This document shows positions 26,171 to 34,931 of a stretch of 64,000 nt of DNA, piece by piece. The stretch lies in contig CACJPV010000004.1 of the NCBI GenBank assembly GCA_902595425.1, positions 47,006-111,005 of the forward strand. The letters run 5' to 3'. Source of the DNA: an uncultured Alphaproteobacteria bacterium (lineage in GTDB: Bacteria; Pseudomonadota; Alphaproteobacteria; HIMB59; GCA-002718135). Under the pieces are notes generated by a model, which was given only the letters and a program-made list of their open reading frames with translations, was not told the DNA's origin and made no database searches. The position numbers and the translations under genes were made by a program. Every line of letters begins with the position of its first letter. The first letter of the stretch is position 1.

Positions 26171-27552
26171 ATCATTTTTTTTGGATTAACAATCTTATCA
26201 AAGTCTGATTCGCTTATTAGTTTTAATTTTAAAGCAGCTTCCTTTAGTGTTATTTTTTTACTGAATGCTGTTTTGGCAATTTTTGCAGCACTGTCATAAC
26301 CAATATACTTGTTTAAAGCAGTGACTAACATTAGTGAATTATTTAAATGTTTTTCAATGTTTTCTTTATTAATTGATAGATCTTTTAAACAATTTTTATT
26401 GAAACTATTTATTCCATCGGAAAGTAAGTTTATTGAATTAATTACATTGAAAATTATGATTGGTTTATAAGCATTTAATTCAAAGTGGCCTTGAGTGCCT
26501 GCTTGAGTAACAGCTAGATTGTTTCCCATAACCTGGCAACAGACCATACTCAGAGCCTCAATTTGAGTGGGATTTACTTTTCCTGGCATTATTGATGAAC
26601 CTGGTTCATTGGCAGGAATGTTAATTTCTCCTAGCCCAGATCGAGGTCCAGAAGATAAAAATCTTAAATCATTAACTATTTTAAATAGTGAAACAGCTAA
26701 ACTATTAATTGAATTTGAAAAATTAACCAACGAGTCATGATTAGCAATTGCCTCAAATTTATTTTTAGCTGGATTATATTTATTTTTTGTTAGTTTATTA
26801 AGATGTTTACAAAAAATCTTATCAAAATTATTTGGTGCATTTATACCTGTTCCTACTGCTGTGCCTCCCTGTGCTAAATAATTTAGTTCTTTTTTTGCTA
26901 AAATTATTCTTTCATAATTATTTTGAATTTGATGCAAGTAGCCAGAAAATTCATCTCCCATCGTAAGTGGCGTTGCATCCTGTGTATGTGTTCGACCAAT
27001 TTTAATTATTTTTGAATATAATTTAGTTTTGATCTTTAATTCTTTTATTAAATTCTTTATTGCTGGAAGAAGTTTTTTTTTAGCTAATTCGTTAGCTGCA
27101 ATGTGCATTACAGTTGGAAAAGTATCATTAGAAGATTGGGATAAGTTTACATGATCATTTGGGTGTATGGGTGATTTAGTTCCAATTTTTCCTTTTAAAA
27201 TCTTAATAGCAAAGTTACTTATAACTTCGTTAGCATTCATATTTGTTTGGGTGCCAGACCCAGTTTGCCAAACTGATAGAGGAAACTCATCTATTAAACT
27301 TAAGTTAATGACTTGATCGCAAGCTTTTATTATCGCAATTGATAAATTTTTATTTATCAATCCAAATTCATGATTTGCCATTACCGCTGCTTTTTTTTGC
27401 ATACCTAATGCAATGATAATTTCCTCAGGCATTTTATCATTTGAAATTCTAAAATTCTCTAATGAACGTTGGGTTTGCGCTCCCCATAATCTTTTTGAGT
27501 CTATTTTTTTAGTTCCTAAACTATCAGATTCTGTTCTTTTTTTATTTGGCAT
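26167..27552 (-). CDS. fumC: Fumarate hydratase class II
   Basis: 461 aa; fumarate lyase signature GSSIMPGKVNP. Stop codon overlaps the lpxC stop (convergent 4-nt overlap). Confidence 0.95.
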   Translation of the reverse strand: MPNKKRTESDSLGTKKIDSKRLWGAQTQRSLENFRISNDKMPEEIIIALGMQKKAAVMANHEFGLINKNLSIAIIKACDQVINLSLIDEFPLSVWQTGSGTQTNMNANEVISNFAIKILKGKIGTKSPIHPNDHVNLSQSSNDTFPTVMHIAANELAKKKLLPAIKNLIKELKIKTKLYSKIIKIGRTHTQDATPLTMGDEFSGYLHQIQNNYERIILAKKELNYLAQGGTAVGTGINAPNNFDKIFCKHLNKLTKNKYNPAKNKFEAIANHDSLVNFSNSINSLAVSLFKIVNDLRFLSSGPRSGLGEINIPANEPGSSIMPGKVNPTQIEALSMVCCQVMGNNLAVTQAGTQGHFELNAYKPIIIFNVINSINLLSDGINSFNKNCLKDLSINKENIEKHLNNSLMLVTALNKYIGYDSAAKIAKTAFSKKITLKEAALKLKLISESDFDKIVNPKKMI

Positions 27553-27609
27553 ATTTTGCTAATATGAATTTTATCTATAACATAAACTTATTATTAGAAT
27601 AAATATATT

Positions 27610-28239
27610 ATGAATAAACTAATTTTGCTAAGACATGGCCAAAGTCAATGGAATTTAGAAAACAAATTCACAGGTTGGAAAAATGTTCCTTTGACTGTAA
27701 ATGGTGAAATGGAGGCCAAAAAAGCAGGAGAATTATTTAAAAAAAACAAAATACACATTGATTATATCTTTAGTAGTGTTTTAGAGAGAGCTAATAAAAC
27801 GGCTGAAATTGCTATAAAAGAAGCTAATCTAACAAATCTCTTAGAAAATGATAAATTAATCATGAAACTCAGTGAAAAATTAAATGAGAGAGATTATGGG
27901 GACTTAGTAGGTTTAAATAAGAAGGAAACAGCCGAAAGATTTGGCAAAGAACAAGTTCATATTTGGAGACGATCTTTCGATACTCCTCCACCTAATGGTG
28001 AAAGTTTAAAAAATGTTGTTGAAAGAGTCTCTCCATATTTTCAAGATAATATAAAACCACTACTCGATCAAAATAAAAATATTTTGATTGTAGCTCATGG
28101 AAATTCTCTCAGAGCAATGATGATTGAGCTTGGAATGTACAAACCTGAAGAAATTTCTTCTATAGAACTTCCAACAGGTTCACCTTTATGCATTAATTTA
28201 AAAGAAGGTAAATTAGTTGATTTTTATTATTTAAACTAA
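27610..28239 (+). CDS. gpmA: 2,3-bisphosphoglycerate-dependent phosphoglycerate mutase
   Basis: 209 aa; phosphohistidine motif LLRHGQSQWN and second His motif VAHGNSLRA. Confidence 0.9.
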   Translation: MNKLILLRHGQSQWNLENKFTGWKNVPLTVNGEMEAKKAGELFKKNKIHIDYIFSSVLERANKTAEIAIKEANLTNLLENDKLIMKLSEKLNERDYGDLVGLNKKETAERFGKEQVHIWRRSFDTPPPNGESLKNVVERVSPYFQDNIKPLLDQNKNILIVAHGNSLRAMMIELGMYKPEEISSIELPTGSPLCINLKEGKLVDFYYLN

Positions 28240-28685
28240 TTTTTTTTGAAATTAGAAAACTTTATTACATTTGAATTATTATCTTTGTTTTTATTTTTTT
28301 TCAAAATTTCTTTTTTCTTTTTTTCTATTTTTTTATTAGAGTTGTTAAACTGGTAATTTAATCCAAAATTAGATGAAGGATCAACAAAAGAAATAATAGA
28401 GTCGTAAGAAATTTTTAAATCAGTTTTTTTATTGTTAAAGGAAAGTCCAATATTAAAAAAACTTTTATTTACGGATAGGTGATAATATTCATGCTGTATA
28501 ACAATAGTCATTTCATTGGGATATTTAAGTAAAAGCCAGTTTGGGACTTTGTTTTTAGAATTACTCGTTTTAAATGTTATGTATAAATGGTTTTTTCCAT
28601 CCAATCCATTTCTTTCAATTTTTTTCAATACATCTATAAAAACATTTAACAAATTTTTGTTTAAAATCTTTTGGTAATTAATCAT
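28236..28685 (-). CDS. sspB: SspB-like ClpXP adaptor (alphaproteobacterial stringent starvation protein B type)
   Basis: 149 aa; HLYITFKTSNSKNKVPNWLLLKYPNEMTIVIQHEYYHLSVNKSFFNIGLSFNNKKTDLKISYDSIISFVDPSSNFGLNY matches, from memory, the conserved core of alphaproteobacterial SspB (H.YITF.T...V.P..L...YP.EMTIV.QH......V....F...LSF......L.I......F.DPS..F.L). Lys-rich C-terminal tail. Not verified by alignment. Confidence 0.6.
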   Translation of the reverse strand: MINYQKILNKNLLNVFIDVLKKIERNGLDGKNHLYITFKTSNSKNKVPNWLLLKYPNEMTIVIQHEYYHLSVNKSFFNIGLSFNNKKTDLKISYDSIISFVDPSSNFGLNYQFNNSNKKIEKKKKEILKKNKNKDNNSNVIKFSNFKKN

Positions 28686-28797
28686 TTTAATAATTTATAA
28701 TACAAAAAAAATTTTCGTTACTAGTAAATATTTATTCAATATGTATATACATATTTATTATTTAATATTATTAATTAATTTAATATAAAGATATCTA

Positions 28798-31242
28798 ATG
28801 ACAAAAAACTTACCTAGTTCATGTAAAGTAGTAGTAATTGGTGGAGGTGTTGCAGGCTGTTCCACTGCATACCATTTGGCTAAGTTTGGCTGGAAAGATA
28901 CAGTTTTACTTGAAAGAGATGTGCTTACTTCAGGTACTACATGGCATGCAGCAGGATTAATAGGTCAACTTGGTTCAAGTGCAACAATTACAAAACTTAG
29001 AAACTATTCATTGAATTTATATAAACAATTAGAAGAAGAGACGGGATTATCAACAGGATTAAAACAAAACGGTTCTCTTACAGTAGCTACAACAACAGAT
29101 AGACTTGAAGAACTAAAAAGACAGGTTACTTTTGCTCAACGATTTAAAATTGAAGCTAAAGAAGTCAATAAAGATGAAATAAAAGAAATTTATCCTCTAA
29201 TAAATGTTGACGATCTTGTTGGAGGTGTTTTTATTCCAAGAGATGGACAAGCAGATCCTGTAGGCGTAGCAAACGTAATGGCAAAAGCAGCAAAACAAAA
29301 TGGTGCTACAATAATTGAAAAATGCCCAGTAAAAAAAATAATAATAAAAAATAATAAAATTGCAGGAGTTGAAACTAATTTTGGAAAGATAGAATGTGAA
29401 TATGTTGTTTTAGCTACAGGTATGTGGTCTAGGCAGATTGCCAAAGATATAGATGTTAGTATACCTCTTTATCCAGATGAACATTTTTACATATTAAGTG
29501 AGCCTATTGCAGATATAGATAGATCACTCCCTGTTTTGAGAGATTATAACAATTGCCTTTATTTAAAGGAAGATGCAGGAAAGTTACTAGTAGGTGTTTT
29601 CGAACCAAATGCAAAACCTGCCTTTACAAATAATCATAAAGTTCCTGATGATTTTTCATTTGGCGAATTGCCAGAGGATTTTGATCATTTTGAGCCATAC
29701 TTGATTAATGCAATGAACCGTGTCCCAGGTTTAGAAAAATCTGGTATAAGAAAATTTTTTAATGGTCCTGAGTCATTTACCCCTGACACAAACTATTTAT
29801 TAGGTGAAACTCCAGAGGTTAGAAATCTGTTCATGTGCGGTGGTTTTAATAGTATTGGAATTGTTAGTTCAGGCGGGGCAGGTAAGATTACAGCTGAATG
29901 GATGATGAATGGTGAAATTCATGAAGATATTTTTTCACTTGATATTTCAAGATTTGAAAAATTTCACTCAGATTTAGATTTTATAACTGAGAGGGTTACT
30001 GAAACACTTGGTAATTTGTATGCAATGCATTGGCCTTTTAAACAACACACAACTTCAAGAAACCAAAAACTTATGCCTTATCATGAATATTTGATAAAAA
30101 AAGGAGCTTGTTTTGGACAAGCAGCTGCTTATGAAAGACCAATGTGGTATGCAATAAATGGTAAAGAGCCAAAATATAAGTATAGTTATGGATACCAAAA
30201 TTGGTTTGACTCTGCTGAACACGAAACTCTTAATGCAAGAAAAAATGTAGCCCTGTTTGAGTTATCACCTTTTGCTAAGTTCGAATTATCAGGAGTGAAT
30301 AGTCATGAGTCCCTTCAATACTTATGTGCAAATGATATTAAACATAATGTTGGTGCCGTTACATACACACAAATGCTTAACTCCAAAGCTGGAATTGTGT
30401 CAGATTTAACAGTTACATGCATTGAAGAAAACAAATTTAGGATTGTTACAGGATCTGGTGTTCGGACACATGATAAAAAACATATTTTAAAATATTTAGA
30501 ATCAACAGTTAATTTTAAAGATATAACCCATGATTTTGCATGTTTTGGTATTTTTGGACCTAAGAGTAGAGATTTATTGACTGAAATATTTGGTGGGTAT
30601 TTTTCAAATGATGATTTCAAATTTGGTACAGGTAAAAAAATTATTAAAAATAATATTGAATTATGGTTTCAAAGAATATCTTATGTTGGGGAACTTGGTT
30701 GGGAAATTTATATACCGACTCAAAAATCAAAAGAGATATATGAATTAATAATTAATTTAGAAAAAAAATTCGGATTAGTTCATGCAGGTGCACATGCAAT
30801 GGATATCATGAGAATGGAAAAAGGTTATTTACATTGGGGACATGATATTTCTCCTGCTGAAAATCCTTATGAGGCAGGACTGGGATTTGCAATTAAACTT
30901 AATAAAAAAGAAAATTTTATTGGTAAGGAATTTTTAATTAAGAATAAACACATACGAAAAAAGAAATTGTTGATGTTTGTTTTAAATGACACAACGCCAG
31001 GGAATCCATTGTTACTTCATGATGAACCAATTTATTATAATGGAAAAATAGTTGGTGAAACAACTTCAGGAAACTATTCTTTTATATATAAAAAAAATTT
31101 AGCTTATGGTTATGTTAAAAGTAACCTAGACTATGAAACATCTGATTCATTTTTTGAGATAGAGATTGCTAAGAAAAAATACAGGGCTTCAGTAATAAAA
31201 AAATCACTACATGATCCAGAAAATAATTTTATTAGAAATTAA
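28798..31242 (+). CDS. FAD-dependent dimethylglycine/sarcosine dehydrogenase-type enzyme (DAO domain fused to GcvT-like folate-binding aminomethyltransferase domain)
   Basis: 814 aa; N-terminal VVVIGGGVAGCSTAYHLA dinucleotide-binding motif and DAO region. The C-terminal half has GcvT-like architecture (...ISYVGELGWEIY...). Exact substrate not assignable from sequence. Confidence 0.85.
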   Translation: MTKNLPSSCKVVVIGGGVAGCSTAYHLAKFGWKDTVLLERDVLTSGTTWHAAGLIGQLGSSATITKLRNYSLNLYKQLEEETGLSTGLKQNGSLTVATTTDRLEELKRQVTFAQRFKIEAKEVNKDEIKEIYPLINVDDLVGGVFIPRDGQADPVGVANVMAKAAKQNGATIIEKCPVKKIIIKNNKIAGVETNFGKIECEYVVLATGMWSRQIAKDIDVSIPLYPDEHFYILSEPIADIDRSLPVLRDYNNCLYLKEDAGKLLVGVFEPNAKPAFTNNHKVPDDFSFGELPEDFDHFEPYLINAMNRVPGLEKSGIRKFFNGPESFTPDTNYLLGETPEVRNLFMCGGFNSIGIVSSGGAGKITAEWMMNGEIHEDIFSLDISRFEKFHSDLDFITERVTETLGNLYAMHWPFKQHTTSRNQKLMPYHEYLIKKGACFGQAAAYERPMWYAINGKEPKYKYSYGYQNWFDSAEHETLNARKNVALFELSPFAKFELSGVNSHESLQYLCANDIKHNVGAVTYTQMLNSKAGIVSDLTVTCIEENKFRIVTGSGVRTHDKKHILKYLESTVNFKDITHDFACFGIFGPKSRDLLTEIFGGYFSNDDFKFGTGKKIIKNNIELWFQRISYVGELGWEIYIPTQKSKEIYELIINLEKKFGLVHAGAHAMDIMRMEKGYLHWGHDISPAENPYEAGLGFAIKLNKKENFIGKEFLIKNKHIRKKKLLMFVLNDTTPGNPLLLHDEPIYYNGKIVGETTSGNYSFIYKKNLAYGYVKSNLDYETSDSFFEIEIAKKKYRASVIKKSLHDPENNFIRN

Positions 31243-31340
31243 ATTAATTAATTTTATTTTTTGTTTGTGAATTATTTATTTGAGATTAATGGATTAAGAT
31301 GATTATCAGTAATTTTAATTTGGTTTTTTCAGATAATAAA

Positions 31341-31389
31341 TGGGGACAACTGGTACCTTTATAGTTGGGGAGGGTCAGTTGCCTTGTTC
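31341..31389 (-). repeat. ssrA-3'-end-like repeat, copies F1/F2 (most degenerate)
   Basis: TGGGGACAACTGGTACC (31341..31357) and TTGGGGAGGGTCAGTTGCCTTGTTC (31365..31389). F2 resembles copy E (shared GGGG..TTGCCTTGT). Lies just downstream of the last cassette gene. Confidence 0.4.
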
Positions 31390-31397
31390 TTTAAAAT

Positions 31398-31805
31398 TTA
31401 TTTTAGACTTTCTAGGTAGGATAACAAATTATTAATTTTTACAAATTCGCAAAGACCAATTGGAAATATTTCTCTAGTTGTAAATCCTCCTCCAGTCATT
31501 GTCCAAACGTCAACTCTCAAAGAATTAAGTTCAATAGAATAAACTCTATCTCTTATGTTATCTTCATTTGAGAATATATTGATGTAAGAGAGTTTTAAAT
31601 CTACATCATAGTAATATTCATTAATTGTAGTTATTTTATTAATATCTGTATTAATGACTTTCACTCTATTAGAGGAAATAAATTCAAATCCTGATAGTAA
31701 TGTAGGACAAAATAATTGATTATCTGAAAAATCTTTTTTTGTAAAAGCTGTAGATGATGAGGAATAAAAAATTATAAATATAAAAATTAATATTTTTTCT
31801 TTCAT
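31398..31805 (-). CDS. Hypothetical small secreted protein (cassette gene)
   Basis: 135 aa; N-terminal signal peptide MKEKILIFIFIIFYSSSSTAF; no recognisable family. ATG lies 7 nt from repeat copy E. Confidence 0.6.
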   Translation of the reverse strand: MKEKILIFIFIIFYSSSSTAFTKKDFSDNQLFCPTLLSGFEFISSNRVKVINTDINKITTINEYYYDVDLKLSYINIFSNEDNIRDRVYSIELNSLRVDVWTMTGGGFTTREIFPIGLCEFVKINNLLSYLESLK

Positions 31806-31812
31806 ATCAAAA

Positions 31813-31840
31813 TGGGGCGGCTTACTGTTGCCTTGTGTGC
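31813..31840 (-). repeat. ssrA-3'-end-like repeat, copy E
   Basis: TGGGGCGGCTTACTGTTGCCTTGTGTGC. Aligns to the ssrA-end 23-mer with small insertions. Occupies most of the 58-nt gap between two cassette genes. Confidence 0.55.
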
Positions 31841-31863
31841 TAAAATTGTGAATTTAAAATTAA

Positions 31864-32226
31864 TTATTTAATCTTTTCCCACTCAGCAATTCCCCCAGTA
31901 ATATTTTTAACATTTTTAATACCCATATCTTGCATTGTTTTAGTTGCCAAAGTACCTTGTCCGCCTACACCACAAAAAACAACATATTCTTTTTCTGGGT
32001 TTTTTTTGAAAAAATCATTTTCTAAAGGACTACCTTCAGCCAAATAAAACTCAAGAAACGCTTTATCTAAATGCATTGCATTTCCAATAGTTCCCTTAGA
32101 AAAACTTTCTTTATCTCTTACGTCAATAAATTGAACATTTGGATCATTTAATTTATCTTTTGCTTCTGAAGCGCTTATATTTTCAATTTCATTTTTCACA
32201 CTCATCAAATCTTCAAATTTTTTCAT
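31864..32226 (-). CDS. Single-domain rhodanese-like sulfurtransferase (cassette gene)
   Basis: 120 aa; rhodanese fold pattern (FIDVRDKESFSKGTIGNAMHL ... VVFCGVGGQGTLATKTM ... GGIAEW) with active-site Cys loop CGVGGQG. AGGAG lies upstream of the ATG. Confidence 0.85.
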   Translation of the reverse strand: MKKFEDLMSVKNEIENISASEAKDKLNDPNVQFIDVRDKESFSKGTIGNAMHLDKAFLEFYLAEGSPLENDFFKKNPEKEYVVFCGVGGQGTLATKTMQDMGIKNVKNITGGIAEWEKIK

Positions 32227-32238
32227 ATTACTCCTATT

Positions 32239-32292
32239 AGTTTAGTATTGGGCGTTCTGCGCCCAATGCATGAACTAAACTATCAGAAACTT
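32239..32292 (-). repeat. ssrA-3'-end-like repeat, copy D (long form, palindromic)
   Basis: Core TTGGGCGTTCTGCGCCCAATGC (32248..32269), about 18/23 to the ssrA end. AGTTTAGT+ATTGGGCG (32239..32254) pairs with CGCCCAAT (32260..32267) and ACTAAACT (32274..32281). The extension ATGAACTAAACTATCAGAAACTT parallels copy B. Confidence 0.7.
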
Positions 32293-32373
32293 AAAAATTT
32301 ATAAGCAAAAAATAAAAAAAATTTCTCTCAGTGAGACTATAATGCGACCAGAATATTTATGTTAAAGAAATTT

Positions 32374-32943
32374 TTATGAAAAGAACGAACGCTTCTTTTT
32401 TTTGTCTTTTTCAATATTTGTAGTTTCCTCTTTTTGATTCTCTTTTTTTTCATTAGTCATCAAAGAAATAGTATTTAACTTTTGGGTGTTTATTGTTTTT
32501 TTTAGATGTGAGATTTTGTCAACTAATTTTTGATCAGCTTTTGTGCAATGTAAATCTGAATAAACACTAGCCCCCTCTTCAATAGAGATTACATCATATC
32601 TAAGGGTGCCAACTACAGTAGCAGTTTTTTTTATTGTTGCTTTTCCATTAACTTGGATACCTCCACTCACTGATCCATGTATTTCAATATGATCACATGT
32701 AATTGGTCCAATAATTTCTGCAACAGAGCCAACGTAAATAATTTTTGAGTGAATACTTGTCTCAACTTTTCCGTATATTTCAATATAGTCAGTATTAATA
32801 TCAGAACCTTTAAAAGATGTTCCACTCCCAATAACCATTTTATTAGGATTATCTCCAACACGATCATTTTTACTTAAAAAAACTTGTTTACCTTCATCAA
32901 CAATGTTGTCAGTTAAAGTTTCTAATTTTGTTTTTTTATCCAT
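32374..32943 (-). CDS. Bactofilin-family cytoskeletal protein (cassette gene)
   Basis: 189 aa; central beta-helical bactofilin (DUF583) repeat pattern VIGSGTSFKGSDINTDYIEIYGKVETSIHSKIIYVGSVAEIIGPITCDHIEIHGSVSGGIQVNGKATIKKTATVVGTLRYDVISIEEGASV; disordered Lys/Glu-rich tail. Confidence 0.85.
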   Translation of the reverse strand: MDKKTKLETLTDNIVDEGKQVFLSKNDRVGDNPNKMVIGSGTSFKGSDINTDYIEIYGKVETSIHSKIIYVGSVAEIIGPITCDHIEIHGSVSGGIQVNGKATIKKTATVVGTLRYDVISIEEGASVYSDLHCTKADQKLVDKISHLKKTINTQKLNTISLMTNEKKENQKEETTNIEKDKKKKRSFFS

Positions 32944-33043
32944 ATATCGATAAGGCTCGTACTACCAAATAACGTCAATTGCAATACCTCAATTAGGATT
33001 TTGTTACTTTAGAGTTTATGTAAAATTGTATACAACTTTTGAA

Positions 33044-33066
33044 TAGGGTATTCTGTTGCTCGGTGC
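33044..33066 (-). repeat. ssrA-3'-end-like repeat, copy C
   Basis: TAGGGTATTCTGTTGCTCGGTGC, 19/23 identical to the ssrA end, same orientation, in the gap between the methyltransferase and bactofilin genes. Confidence 0.7.
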
Positions 33067-33079
33067 TTTAACATAGGCA

Positions 33080-33715
33080 CTATAATTTTTTACGAAATAT
33101 ACAAGCAAATATCTCAACTTCGTTATATATTTTATTAATATTTTTAGCATGTGCACTAAATTTTTCAAATAAAGGGGTAGATATCAAATTATTAATTTTA
33201 ATAAATTTTTCTTTAAAGCCAGCTTTAACAAAAAATTTTGAATTAATAGATAAAACAAATAAACCTCCAGGTTTTACAATTCGTAAAAGTTCATCTAATG
33301 CATCTGGACCAACATGACCGTGAGTAAAAGTTCCAGCACTTACTACTGCTCCAATTGAATTATCTTCCAAAGGAATTTTTTTAGTAATATCTGCTTCTAT
33401 TAGAGATGAATAACATTTTTTTAATTTTGCCTGATGCAACATATCAGAAGATATATCTATTCCGATAATTTCTTTTTTATTATTAATTTTAAGGAATTTT
33501 CCAACTAAACCAGTTCCTGCGCCAACATCAAGTATTGGAGTATCAGTATTTTTTGAATTTTTTAAAAAAAAATTGCTAATTTTTTGTGGTGAAAGATAAT
33601 TAGAGCTTTTAGCAAAATCCTCATCGTAACTTTTTGCCCATTTCTTATATAATTTTACAGAGTCATCAGGTGTTTGTAATGAATATGCCTCATCAAGTTT
33701 TATTTTATTTACCAT
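33080..33715 (-). CDS. Class I SAM-dependent methyltransferase (cassette gene)
   Basis: 211 aa; motif I ILDVGAGTGLVG, post-I IGIDISSDML, motif IV-like AVVSAGTF. ATG lies 8 nt from repeat copy B. Confidence 0.85.
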   Translation of the reverse strand: MVNKIKLDEAYSLQTPDDSVKLYKKWAKSYDEDFAKSSNYLSPQKISNFFLKNSKNTDTPILDVGAGTGLVGKFLKINNKKEIIGIDISSDMLHQAKLKKCYSSLIEADITKKIPLEDNSIGAVVSAGTFTHGHVGPDALDELLRIVKPGGLFVLSINSKFFVKAGFKEKFIKINNLISTPLFEKFSAHAKNINKIYNEVEIFACIFRKKL

Positions 33716-33723
33716 ACTTTTAG

Positions 33724-33770
33724 TGGGGCGTTCTGTTGCCCGGTGCGTGAACCAAACTAACAGAAAACTT
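33724..33770 (-). repeat. ssrA-3'-end-like repeat, copy B (long form)
   Basis: TGGGGCGTTCTGTTGCCCGGTGC at 33724..33746 is 23/23 identical to 35018..35040. The following GTGAACCAAACTAACAGAAAACTT parallels copy D and partly (CCAAAC) the ssrA sequence. Confidence 0.9.
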
Positions 33771-33800
33771 GACTTTTTTATATCATAAATTTGAATTTTT

Positions 33801-33834
33801 TTAAATTTACTCCGGCGAGATTACGGCGAGTATT
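33801..33834 (+). repeat. GC-rich direct repeat R2, left copy
   Basis: TTAAATTTACTCCGGCGAGATTACGGCGAGTATT shares the blocks TTAAA, ACTCCGGC and ACGGCGA with 34932..34968. Internal CGGCGAG-N5-CGGCGAG. Confidence 0.7.
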
Positions 33835-34029
33835 TTGGTTAGAATTAAGATATGTTAGTAATAACTTATGAAACAAAAGGATTTAGAATTAAAATTTAAT
33901 CTAAAGTTAACTAGGGAAGAATTTTATTCTGTCAGAGATTTAAATCATAACGAAATTCCATTTAAGATTTAGGAGATAAAAAAAAGCCATATAAATCCAA
34001 GTGAAAATTTAAAGAGAGAAATTTATAGA

Positions 34030-34482
34030 TTGCATAAAGAAGTTGTTAATAGCAAAGTATTATCAGATAATAAAAAAGAAAAGACTTTAAATATTTTATT
34101 GGCATACGAACCATGGAGTTGGAGAGTGGTGGGTATTTCAAAAAAAGCAATCAAAATGTTTAAAGCAAATAAATTTAGAAAACTTAAAAAGGACGGCCCC
34201 CAAAGAGATCATTATTTTCAAGAAAGAAATGTAACTATTAGAAAAATGATGGAGAAAGTCATGCCATTTGAAACTTGGTGGGATTGGTTTTGGGAAAATG
34301 ATAGAACTTTAATTATTACCAAAGAAGAACATGCAAAAAAAAGTCTAGATTATAAAAATGACATAATCAAAATTGATAATAATTTAGGTCTTTTTAGGAC
34401 TATGAAAACAGTAGGTTATTCTTTTTATCCAGATTATGAAGCTAAGCTCGTAGAGAAATTATCAAAAGAATATAATTTGTGA
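34030..34482 (+). CDS. Hypothetical protein (start uncertain; possibly a 5'-disrupted gene beginning at 33868)
   Basis: 150 aa from TTG 34030; Trp-rich and basic (EPWSWRVVGISKKAIKMF...PQRDHYFQERN...WWDWFWENDRTLIITKEEHAKK). No in-frame ATG for about 40 codons. The frame is open back to a TAG at 33970, and upstream of that TAG an ATG-initiated 34-codon ORF (33868..33972) is in the same frame. Confidence 0.5.
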   Translation: MHKEVVNSKVLSDNKKEKTLNILLAYEPWSWRVVGISKKAIKMFKANKFRKLKKDGPQRDHYFQERNVTIRKMMEKVMPFETWWDWFWENDRTLIITKEEHAKKSLDYKNDIIKIDNNLGLFRTMKTVGYSFYPDYEAKLVEKLSKEYNL

Positions 34483-34500
34483 ATATGATATAATATACGA

Positions 34501-34890
34501 ATGGATCAGATAGGAATATGGAGATTATTTATAAAAGAAAAAGATGAAAACGATGCTTTCAAATTAATTAAATTAATCGACTTTTCAAATTTTCAGATAG
34601 CTAATGAGGATTTAACATTAAAAGAAGTGCCAAATTTAGAAAATTGTCATGAATTACATATTAGTCAATTTGCTTTAACTTACAACGCAAACAATGATAA
34701 AGAATTATATGATAAGTATCACAAAATATATGATGAGTATTTTGAAGAAGGAAAACATAAAAATTCCTTACAACATTTAAGAGCATTATTGTTTTTTTTA
34801 CAAAGACAAGAACATTTTTCTGGTCCTTCAGAAAGCTATATTCCTTTTAGTAAAAAAATTATTTCTGATATCATTAAAATACTAAAATGA
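34501..34890 (+). CDS. Hypothetical protein (second gene of the two-gene module)
   Basis: 129 aa; ATG start 18 nt after the previous stop; no family recognised (C-terminal LRALLFFLQRQEHFSGPSESYIPF). Confidence 0.6.
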   Translation: MDQIGIWRLFIKEKDENDAFKLIKLIDFSNFQIANEDLTLKEVPNLENCHELHISQFALTYNANNDKELYDKYHKIYDEYFEEGKHKNSLQHLRALLFFLQRQEHFSGPSESYIPFSKKIISDIIKILK

Positions 34891-34931
34891 GTTCGTTTAA
34901 TATTATTTTTGCAATTATATTCTATTTAAGC

